Source of the DNA: Macrostomum lignano
Lineage: Eukaryota
Assembly: GCA_002269645.1 (NCBI GenBank)
Contig: NIVC01000412.1
Span: 434,001 to 498,000, forward strand
DNA length: 64,000 nt
Direction of reading: 5' to 3'
The first letter of the stretch is position 1. The number at the start of each line of letters is the position of its first letter. A program made the position numbers and the translations under genes. The notes beneath the pieces were generated by a model, which worked only from the letters and a program-made list of their open reading frames with translations, was not told where the DNA came from and searched no databases. This document shows, piece after piece, positions 28,827 to 39,608 of this stretch.

Positions 28827-31528
28827 CATACATGCGCAACTTCTGAAATTACGCTGGCCGTGCGACTTAGTTTTCGATAAAAAATGCGACTTACCTATGA
28901 AAGAGCCAAGCAAAAACTTTAGGTAAACGGCAGGAGTAACTATGACCATAATTTAAAGCTAATTGCCTCGCCAGCTAATTAGTGCTGCGTGCAGATTTCG
29001 CGTTTTTATAACAGCTAATCAGTATGTCATCTAGTGGCGGCATGAAGCAATTAGTAAATTGTCAGTACAGTGTAGTGAGCATACTACAAAAGTCATGATT
29101 CATGAATGTCCAGAAGTAAGTGAAGAGAATACAGTGTGACCTATAGCTCAAGAACGATTTGCTAGACGATTTGGCATGGAAGATGAGAGCCCTGATTCAG
29201 ATGGCTCATCAGATGCAGAATACGAATCCAGTAGAGATACAAGCTGTGAAAACCCACAGATTTTTAAACCACTGAATTCTAATTCCCGGAACTATTTTTG
29301 CATAGATTCTAAATTTGAAGTCATGCTCAAACAAAAACTTGTTAACAGTTAGGAAAAAGGCAAAGATGGGAGTAATGCATGTTAAACTAAGATTTGAGGC
29401 CTTTGCAAATTCTCTCCATTCCTCAATCTTCTCATCCTCTTTTTCTTTTCTCTCTCATCCCTTATCCCTTCTCTCTTTCCTCTCCTCTCCTATCTCTTCT
29501 GTCTCCTCTCTACATTCTTATCTCTCCTCTCGTCTCTCTCCATTCCACTCTACTCTCTCATCTTATCTTCCCTCTCGTCTCTCTCCACTCTACTCTCTCA
29601 TCTTATCTCTCCTCTCTTTTCTACTCTCTCATCTCTCCTCTCTTCACTCTCCTCTCATCTCCTCTTTATCCTCTCTTCTCTCATCTACTCTCTCCTCTTT
29701 CCTCTTTCCTCTCTTCTGATCTCATCCATCATCTTTTCTTTCCTCTTTCCTCTCATCTCCTCTTCTCTCTCATCTCTTTTTCCTCCCTCAGCTTTTCTCT
29801 CCTCTTCTATCTTTTCTCCCATCGCATCGCTCGCCTCTCCTCTGTTTGCTTATCTCTAATCTTCTATTCCCTCTACTTTGAAGTAAGAAAATATGCACAT
29901 ATTTTTTCTGAAGATAAGAGGAGAGAAGAGGGCATTGAGGAGAAAGGGTAGAGAGAAAGGGGGAGAAGAGAGGAGAGTAAAAATGAGACGAGAGAGAAGA
30001 GGGAAAAGGGGGAGAGAGAGAAGAGGGGAGGCAAGGTAGAGAAGAAGAGAGAGATGAGAGTTGAAGAGACACCAACCTTGCTGGTTAGGAAGTTTCAAAG
30101 AACCCGAGGGGCGAGGGCCAGATAGAGGGGCTTCGCGAGCCGGAGTTTGCCAACCCCTGCTCCAGAGTTTAAGAAATCAATGGGAAACTGTTGACGCGGG
30201 CTTCTGATTTCAAAGATCTTGTCTGTGGTTGAAGGCTTCTATTCTGTTTTTGCTCTCTTGCCACACTTGCACCTACTACCCCCTGATTGCCTCTGATTGT
30301 GACTTACTTCCCTCTTATTGCGACTTAGTTGCTTCTTTTTGCGACTTACCTAATCCTTTTTGCGACTTACCTAACCCTTTTGCGACTTACCTAATCCTTT
30401 TGCGACTTACCTAATCCTTTTGCGACTTAGCTGATCCTTTTGCGACTTACCTGATTCTTTTTGCGACTTACCTAATCCTTTTTGCGACTTACCTAATCCT
30501 TTTGCGACTTACCTAACCCTTTTGCGACTTACCTAATCCTTTTGCGACTTACCTAACCCTTTTGCGACTTACCTAATCCTTTTGCGACTTACCTAATCCT
30601 TTTTGCGACTTACCTAATCCTTTTGCGACTTACCTAACCCTTTTGCGACTTACCTAATCCTTTTGCGACTTACCTAACCCTTTTGCGACTTACCTAATCC
30701 TTTTGCGACTTACCTGATTCTTTTTGCGACTTACCTAATCCTTTTTGCGACTTACCTAACCCTTTTGCGACTTACCTAATCCTTTTTGCGACTTACCTAA
30801 TCCTTTTTGCGACTTACCTAATCCTTTTGCGACTTAGCTGATCCTTTTGCGACTTAGTTTGCTTCTTTTGCGACTTACCTGATCCTTTTTGCGACTTACC
30901 TGATTATTTTTACAACTTACCTGATCCTTTTTGCGACTTACCTAACCCTTTTGCGACTTACCTAATCCTTTTTGCGACTTACCTAATCCTTTTGCGACTT
31001 AGCTGATCCTTTTGCGACTTAGTTTGCTTCTTTTGCGACTTACCTGATTCTTTTTGCGACTTACCTGATCCTTTTTGCGACTTACCTGATCCTTTTTGCG
31101 ACTTACCTAACCCTTTTGCGACTTACCTAACCCTTTTGCGACTTACCTAATCCTTTTGCGACTTACCTAACCCTTTTGCGACTTACCTGATCCCTTTTGC
31201 GACTTAGTTTGCTTCTTTTGCGACTTACCTGATTCCTGTTGCGACTTACCTGATCCTTTTTGCGACTTAGTTTGCTTCTTTTGCGACTTACCTGATCCTT
31301 TTTGCGACTTACCTGATTATTTTTACAACTTAGTTTGCTTCTTTTGCGAATTGTTTTTCTTTTGCTTCACCATTTTCCCTGAACTGCTCTTTTTTTCGCT
31401 TTCCTCTTGACTTTCTTGGTTCTTGTGTTTTTCTGTTTTTGGTTGACTCAATTTTGCGACTTACCCCTGGTCAGCCACGATTTACGGTGGCCGGATCGGC
31501 CAGGTCGGCCAGCAGTTGCGCATGTATG
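28827..31528. mobile_element. 2.7-kb non-autonomous element of the same CATACATG family, inverted relative to the 297-bp MITE
   Basis: Perfect 14-bp TIRs catacatgcgcaac and gttgcgcatgtatg. 8-bp TSD attagtta at 28819-28826 and 31529-31536. The subterminal ggcaggagtaactatgac is the reverse complement of MITE sequence near 26776-26795. Confidence 0.9.
30300..31340. repeat. 20/21-bp minisatellite inside the 2.7-kb element
   Basis: Unit gcgacttacctaatcctttt, roughly 50 copies. Confidence 0.95.
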
Positions 31529-31738
31529 ATTAGTTATATCACCTGATATTGACTATAAATCATATTGATGAGTTAATTGAATTTGTCCTACATTGACCAT
31601 GACCATTGACCATGACTAAGTCTATTGACCAAAATGATAGTTAGAGTTTGTGCCTAATATAAATCTTTTAAGCCACATCATTTTATACCCATTTAAATTA
31701 CAAAATTCTAAAAAATAGTTAACTATACACATGCATAT

Positions 31739-31890
31739 GCAACCTTGGGATTCACTCAGCCATTTCTATTGGCAACACACACATGTAAGTTGCTATTGGC
31801 TAAGAGCAGTCACGTGACTACTATTCTGTCCAATAGTGACTCATGTGTGTGTGTTGTCAATAGAAATGGTCAGGTGAATCCCTAGGTTGC
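31739..31890. mobile_element. 152-bp fold-back (MITE-like) element
   Basis: Arms gcaaccttgggattcac... and ...gtgaatccctaggttgc are imperfect inverted repeats over about 70 bp around a central agtcacgtgact palindrome. No clear TSD. Confidence 0.6.
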
Positions 31891-32690
31891 GTCTAAGCAT
31901 GACTATACAAAAGTGAAATGAAAGATTGCCAGGAAAATAAAAAGGAAAAAAAATAAAGAAAAGAGAAAATAGGCTTAATCAAGAAGCAGTCAAGTTGATA
32001 TTCATATGTATCAAAAGGCACAAATATATCTTTTGTATAGTTGGCAGTTGCAAAATATTATTTTGTATAGCTATTCTACATTAGACCTATTTTCAAACTA
32101 GGGATCAAATAAGAATTTAAGCAATTTTCTCAATCTCAATCTTGGTTTCAAGATCTCAAAAGTTAATATTTGTGACTCTGTGACTATTGGTGACTAGGAT
32201 ATTGTCAGTGTTATATTAAATACACATCAAATTACTAACAAGCTCAATATTTTATATTATTTGTTTTTCCTTCTATTATCATCATTGTACACATTTAACC
32301 AATAATAATAATTAGCAATGATAGATATAATAGTGTAAATAGGCCTACTATATACTAATTAGGCTTAACTGCTTAATCTTATATCTCGATGCAAAAATGT
32401 GATATCATCCAATCCCTGATTCATACCTTACTAAACCTTAAATATAGACTGTTGACACTTAGTATAAAATAATCCTGAATTTGGACCTATTATACCAAAG
32501 GCTATTACAATTGTGACACTAAGAAAACCAGCTCATAGGTCTGAATTAGTTAGTTTTTTTGGCACAAACCCCAGTATAATGTGGCTTTGCACGAGAGCTA
32601 ACCAGGGCTTTGTGGCCACTGAGCTGCTGAGCCAAAATTATTTTTTATTTATAATCTGCTTTTACTCTGTTACAGCAGTCACGCACTTGC

Positions 32691-35022
32691 ATGGGTTCCA
32701 AGATTTGCTCTGCAGTAATTCTACTGCTAGCTGTAACACTGCTCCATAGCAACAGTTGCTACAGCAACCCGGCTCTCCATGTCAGCAGCAAAGATCGCAT
32801 AGCCAAGGGTGAGAAGCCGCTAAGCGATTTGCCACACAACGAAGACCCTCTAGCCGACGATCACAAATTTGATCATGAGGCATTTCTCGGCCACGAGGAC
32901 TCGGAGAAATTTGACCAGATGACGCCGGAGCAGAGCACCGCGGCTTTGGCTAAAATTGTTGACAAGATTGACAAAGACGGCGACGGTTTCGTGACGCAGC
33001 AGGAGATGTACAGCTGGATTGATTACATTGCCAAACGGTATGTGCGCGAGAACAGCAAAAGGCAGTTTAACGACTATAGCGACGGCAAGGAGGACGCCAA
33101 GATCGACTGGGATACCTATAAGGTGACTGGCGTAATTCATGTAGGAACGCAATGTGCAGAACAGGCTGCGGGCAGCTGGGCACTATGTGTATGCCTGATA
33201 TGCTAAGACAGAGAGCTAGATGTGCAGACAGACTACTAAGGCAAAGACTGACAGACAGACAGACAGACAGACTGGCAGACAGACAGAGACAGACAGGCAG
33301 ACAGACAGACAGACTGACTGGCAGACAGACAGAGACAGACAGACAGGCAGACAGACAGACAGACTGACTGGCAGACAGACAGACAGACAGACAGGCAGAC
33401 AGACAAACAGACAGACAGACTGACTGGCAGACAGACAGACAGACAGACAGACAGACACTTAAGCAGACAGACAGGCATACAGACGGACAGGCAGACAGAC
33501 AGACAAGCAGGCAGGCAGACAGACAGACAGACAGACAGGCCACTGTGGCTATAAATACACAGACATGCAGATATGAGCATGATCAGCCCCCTTCCCATCC
33601 CCCAGACGAAGGTGTTCGGCCCGTCCCCAGGCCCGCACACCACCAAGACAATCGAACGGGAGCGTCGCCGTTGGCAACGCGCCGACCGAGACGCCGACGG
33701 CCTGTTGAGCCTGGCCGAGTTCACCGACTTCGCCCATCCGGAGGAGGCTGCCCACATGCGCGAACTTGTCGCCTTGGAATCGCTGGAAGATCTCGACCGT
33801 AACGGCGACGGCGCGATTGACGAAGCCGAATACATCGGCGACATGTGGTCGGGCAAGGACAGCGGGGAGCCGGAGCCGGACTGGGTCCAGCAGGAGCGGG
33901 ACACGTTCCGATCGCAGCGGGACGCTAATAAGGATGGCAAGCTTGATCTGGCTGAGGTATCGGCCTGGATACTGCCGACTAATTATGATCAGGTGAGTTT
34001 TAGTGCCTGAACTAAGACATTTCTTGACTGTATAGTTTTGAATTTAACAATTATTTAACCTGTAATTAGTATTTTAAATAGTCACCGTTTAACTATCTTG
34101 TAAATTGCCTTTAACCCCCCCCCCATAGAATCGCCCTAATCCTCATAGAATCGCATTGACTCTCATAGAATCGCCCTTTATCCCCATAGAATCGCCATTG
34201 ACTCTCATAGAATCACCCTTAATCCCCCATAGAATCGCCCTAATCCCCATAGAATCGCCCTTAATCCCCCCATAGAATCGCCCTAATCCCCATAGAATCG
34301 CCCTAATCCCCATAGAATCGCCCTCAATCCCCCATAGAATCGCCCTTAATCCCCCATAGAATCGCCCTTAATCCCCCATAGAATCGCCCCTAATCCCCCA
34401 TATAATCGCCCTTATTCCCCTCATAGAATCCGCTCCTAATCCCCCTATAGAATCGCCCTAATCCCCATAGAATCGCCCTTAATCCCCCATAGAATCGCCC
34501 TCAATCCCCCATAGAATCGCCCTTAATCCCCCATAGAATCGCCCCTAATCCCCCTATAGAATCGCCCTAATCCCCATAGAATCGCCCTTAATCCCACATA
34601 TAATTGCCCTTACCCCCCCCTCCCGATAGAATCGCGCTAATCCCCATAGAAACGCCCTTAATCCCCATAGAATCGCCCTAATCCCCATAGAATCGCCCTC
34701 AATCACCCATAGAAACGCCCTTAATCCCCATAGAATCGCCCTAATCCCCATAGAATCGCCCTCAATCACCCATAGAATCGCCCTCAATCACCCATAGAAT
34801 CGCCCTTAATCCCCACCCCACAGACTTTCTCCCACCAGCTCTACTAGAATTTCGCTCCCCAAACTGCAGGTGGACGCGGAGACCAAGCACCTGTTCAGCC
34901 AAGCAGATATGGACAAAGACGGCCGCTTATCAAAACAGGAGATTCTGGACCATCACGACATCTTTGCCGGGAGTCAGGCTACGGACTTTGGCGAAGCGTT
35001 GCGCAATCACGAAGAGCTTTGA
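32691..35022 (+). CDS. CALU: Calumenin/reticulocalbin (CREC family EF-hand ER protein), about 323 aa
   Basis: Exons 32691..33122, 33606..33992, 34870..35022, all phase 0. Signal peptide, DHEAFLG, several EF-hands ([40 protein letters not shown]) and [11 protein letters not shown]-terminal HEEL resembles an ER-retention signal. Confidence 0.9.
33225..33545. repeat. (CAGA)n microsatellite in calumenin intron 1
   Basis: Direct inspection. Confidence 0.95.
34120..34815. repeat. 21/22-bp minisatellite in calumenin intron 2
   Basis: Unit ccatagaatcgcccttaatccc. Confidence 0.95.
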
Positions 35023-35461
35023 GACAAGTTCTTGTTCTGACATTTTGCAAACGGAGTCAAAAGCGAACAACTTGAATTTTCTTATAATTCATTTGATTTA
35101 TTTTATTCAGATTTTTGTTAAGTAGTTCGACTGATGATTCATATCTGAGCTCGCCAACTCTTATAAGGCCTTAAAGTTTATCTGTTAGTATTTCCCTTTA
35201 CTGGTGGTATAAGAGCGGAGCTTTCGGTTTCATTCGATACTCTCTTTTTTCAACTCCTATAATGTTGCAAAATGATTGTCGGTACGTGTTCTGCTGCTTG
35301 GTTTTCTGGTAAATCTGCTTCAAGCTTTATATTCATTGTGGATTTACTGTATTAACGCGCATTCACATGCATTAAAATGCCTGCATAATTAGTCTGTTTG
35401 CTTTTTAGCATGATTTTAATTGTTTTGTTTCTTTTTTATTGATTACTGTCTTCTTTTTTGT

Positions 35462-36388
35462 ATCTTCTCTCACCTGTCTATTGCATCTCTCACCTGTCTG
35501 TACTGCATCTCTCACCTGTCTATTGCATCTCTCACCTGTCTATTGCATCTCTCACCTGTCTGTATTGCATCTCTCACCTGTCTGTATTGCATCTCTCACC
35601 TGTCTGTACTGCATCTCTCACCTGTCTATTGCATCTCTCACCTGTCTATTGCATCTCTCACCTGTCTGTATTGCATCTCTCACCTGTCTGTATTGCATCT
35701 CTCACCTGTCTGTATTGCATCTCTTACCTGTATGTACTGCATCTCTCACCTGTCTCTATTGCATCTCTCACCTGTCTATTGCATCTCTCACCTGTCTATT
35801 GCATCTCTCACCTGTCTGTATTGCATCTCTCACCTGTCTGTATTGCATCTCTCACCTGTCTGTACTGCATCTCTCACCTGTCTGTACTGCATCTCTCACC
35901 TGTCTGTATTGCATCTCTCACCTGTCTGTATTGCATCTCTCACCTGTCTGTATTACATCTCTCACCTGTCTGTATTGCATCTCTTACCTGTATGTACTGC
36001 ATCTCTCACCTGTCTCTATTGCATCTCTTACCTGTCTGTACTGCATCTCTCACCTGTCTCTATTGCATCTCTTACCTGTCTGTACTGCATCTCTCACCTG
36101 TCTCTATTGCATCTCTTACCTGTCTGTATTGCATCTCTTACCTGTCTGTACTGCATCTCTCACCTGTCTGTATTGCATCTCTTACCTGTCTGTATTGCAT
36201 CTCTTACCTGTATGTACTGCATCTCTCACCTGTCTCTATTGCATCTCTTACCTGTCTGTACTGCATCTCTCACCTGTCTATTGCATCTCTTACCTGTCTG
36301 TATTGCATCTCTTACCTGTATGTACTGCATCTCTCACCTGTCTGTATTGCATCTCTTACCTGTCTGTACTGCATCTCTCACCTGTCCT
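35462..36388. repeat. 20/22-bp minisatellite between calumenin and RPL12
   Basis: Unit (tg)tattgcatctctcacctgtc, over 40 copies. Confidence 0.95.
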
Positions 36389-36512
36389 ATCACCTTGCTT
36401 CTCTCAATAAAGTAACTCTTAGAGCATTCTTTCACTAATCCCTAATTGCTTTGAAAACTCAAAACTTGCATGCTGAGCAGGTTCGACCCTCTAAGAGACA
36501 GCAGCCGCAGCC

Positions 36513-37007
36513 ATGCCGCCCAAGATTGACCCGACCGCTATCAACATTGTTTATCTGCGCGCCGTCGGAGGCGAAGTCGGCGCCACAGCGTCGTTGGCGC
36601 CGAAAATTGGGCCGCTTGGCCTGTCGCCAAAGAAGGTCGGCGAAGACATTGCCAAGGCTACAAAGGAATGGAAGGGCTTGAAGGTGACGGTGAAGCTGGT
36701 CATTCAGAACCGTCAGGCGGTGGCCAGCGTGGTGCCCACGGCTTCCGCCTTGGTCATCCGCGCTCTGAACGAGCCGCCGCGCGATCGCAAGAAGGTCAAA
36801 CACGTCAAGCACACTGGCAACATCACCTTCGACGAGGTTGTTGACATCGCTAAGACGATGCGGCCGAGATCGATGGCTAAGACTATGGCCGGCACTGTTA
36901 AAGAGATTCTTGGCACAGCTCAGTCCGTTGGCTGCACGGTCGATGGTTCGAATCCGCACGATATCATCGACAAAGTGAACGATGGTAGCTACGCTGTGCC
37001 CGAGTAG
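36513..37007 (+). CDS. RPL12: 60S ribosomal protein L12 (uL11), intronless CDS
   Basis: MPPKIDP...[36 protein letters not shown]...EPPRDRKK...[17 protein letters not shown]. Full length, with AATAAA near 37081. Confidence 0.97.
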   Translation: MPPKIDPTAINIVYLRAVGGEVGATASLAPKIGPLGLSPKKVGEDIAKATKEWKGLKVTVKLVIQNRQAVASVVPTASALVIRALNEPPRDRKKVKHVKHTGNITFDEVVDIAKTMRPRSMAKTMAGTVKEILGTAQSVGCTVDGSNPHDIIDKVNDGSYAVPE

Positions 37008-38189
37008 ACTCGAATGGTTAATGACAGTTATTAATGCGGTAAAGTGTGCTGGATTGTTGGCTAGTATAATTATGAAATTTAATAAATAAAATACAATACG
37101 CGATTTGATCCGAAGGGCTTCTGCTTTTCAGTCTTTTTTGGAACAAGAAATCCTACTGTGTGTTTTTTTAGATTTTTTGCATTCTTTAATAAAGATAATA
37201 AAGTGAGGGTTTGCTCTTGTGAGAAGCTGCTTAAACTTGAAAACCCAAGTTTAAAATGGCGGTGGTTCAAAAAACTTCATGACAATGGCAGTGTCTTCCA
37301 GATATTCAAGAGAATGAGAATTTCTTGAAATTCTGCTGCTGTCTTGCTGTTCCCGGACAAATGGCACCTTTACGTTTTACGCATCTCCGCATCTCCAGTA
37401 CGTCACACCAGCTCTCGGCTATATTTACGACTCAGCGAATACTCCGCACCGTAAACAATTTGTTGAAGAACATCCTTCCCTCTCTGACTAGCACCACGAA
37501 GGAGCCTACGGTACTCATCTAGGCTAGTTTCCCCTGTTTATAAAGTTGATAAGCTGTAAGCGTTGAGTGCTCGAAATTGTTTGAGCGAATCCGTCAGCTT
37601 CCAGGCTACACGTCAGAATCTCGCGCGGACGTCGGGAAACAGACCACCAAGGTAGAGGAATTCGTAGGGGACATCGTGAAAGTGCTGTCGTCTGTGCGTC
37701 CGCGTCTCCGAGCAACAAATGTCAGCCTTGATGTCGTACGACACCATTCCATTTAAGCTCCTGAACGAACAGGAACGGCGCTCTTTGAAGCACCGCAGCG
37801 AATGACTCTCGAAGAAGTTCGATAAGCCGTCCTGTTTTAATTTTGACAACAGCTTTCTGTGAAGAGCCAAAATCTGCAGTGTCGCTCAGGACGCAGGTAC
37901 GGATCCAGCAAGGGCTGCAACCGCGCCCTTTGACTACTAAGACTAAGAGTCTAAGACTAAGTGCAGATGCCTCGATGCTCTTCAGGACTGAAGGTTGCCC
38001 GCTGTGCTTCTTAGGAATATACATGTAGCACAGTGTTGTGTGCCGTGTGGTCCATTCGTTGGGGTTGCTTCTAACCCAACAGAGCGAATCATGGGCTTTA
38101 TGTATAAACCATGAACAATGGAGGTTAAAATTATATAGCCGATCGTGTCTACAGGCCTCAGAAAATCTCTCTTTCCGTTAATTCCCCCA

Positions 38190-39275
38190 AATGTCACTAG
38201 CATTCAATTGTCACTGGCAGTCAATTCTTACTGGCAGTCAAATGTCACTGGCAGTCAAATATCACTAGCATTCAAATCTAGCATTCAAATCTCACTGGTA
38301 GTCAAATCTCACTAGCATTCAAATCTCACTGGCATTCAAATCTCACTGGTAGTCAAATCTCACTAGCATTCAAATCTCACTAGCATTCAAATCTCACTGG
38401 CATTCAAATCTCACTAGCATTCAAATCTCACTGGCATTCAAATCTCACTGGCATTCAAATCTCACTGGCATTCAAATCTCACTAGCATTCAAATCTCACT
38501 AACATTCAAATCTCACTGGCATTCAAATCTCACTAGCATTCAAATCTCACTGGCATTCAAATCTCACTGGCATTCAAATCTCACTGGCATTCAAATCTCA
38601 CTGGCATTCAAATCTCACTGGCTTTCAAGTGTCACTGGCATTCAAATCTCACTGGCAGTCAAATCTCACTGGCATTCAAATCTCACTGGCTTTCAAGTGT
38701 CACTGGCATTCAAATCTCACTGGCAGTCAAATCTCACTGGCAGTCAAATCTCACTGGCATTCAAATCTCACTGGCTTTCAAGTGTCACTGGCAGTCAAAT
38801 CTCACTGGCAGTCAAATCTCACTGGCAGTCAAATGTCATGGGCAGTCAAATGTCATGGGCATTCAAATCTCACTGGCAGTCAAATGTCACTGGCAGTCAA
38901 ATGTCACTGGCAGTCAAATGTCACTGGCAGTCAAATGTCACTGGCAGTCAAATCTCACTGGCAGTCAAATCTCACTGGCAGTCAAATCTCACTGGCATTC
39001 AAATCTCACTGGCATTCAAATCTCACTGGCATTCAAATCTCACTGGCAGTCAAATGTCACTGGCAGTCAAATCTCACTGGCAGTCAAATCTCACTGGCAG
39101 TCAAATCTCACTGGCATTCAAATCTCACTGGCATTCAAATCTCACTGGCTTTCAAGTGTCACTGGCATTCAAATCTCACTGGCAGTCAAATCTCACTGGC
39201 AGTCAAATCTCACTGGCAGTCAAATCTCACTGGCAGTCAAATCTCACTGGCAGTCAAATCTCACTGGCAGTCAGA
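38190..39275. repeat. 17-bp minisatellite
   Basis: Unit (t/g)tcaaatctcactggca, about 60 copies. Confidence 0.95.
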
Positions 39276-39608
39276 TCTCTTGTCAGTCAAATTGCTGGTT
39301 GCCATGATTGTGGCAGTCAATTGTCGTAGACGCGATGGGAGACCATGCAGCTTCACGCGGGACTCTTAGCAGATTGTCAATGAAAAAAAATGTTAAAAAT
39401 CGTTTAAAATTCAATTAAGATACGTGTACTACTATTGAAAAAAAGTAGTTTATGGCTCCGCTAAGAGTGACCAATAGTTTTATTTCCATTCAAAATCGTG
39501 TTTAGGGTGTGAGCTATAGCGAGAGTTGACTAGAGAGGTCTATTTGACGATGTGCAACCTCGAGCTGTAGATGTCAGTATTTTCTGTATTTACGACCTAA
39601 TTAATAAT

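Noticed and set aside
36940-36960. ggttcgaatcc tRNA T-loop/B-box
   Set aside because: It lies inside the RPL12 coding sequence and there is no cloverleaf.
37722-38024. SAM domain of neurabin in the minus-strand ORFs
   Set aside because: Only a few residues of resemblance, no conserved W...V..WL or F pattern, and no phase-consistent splice link.
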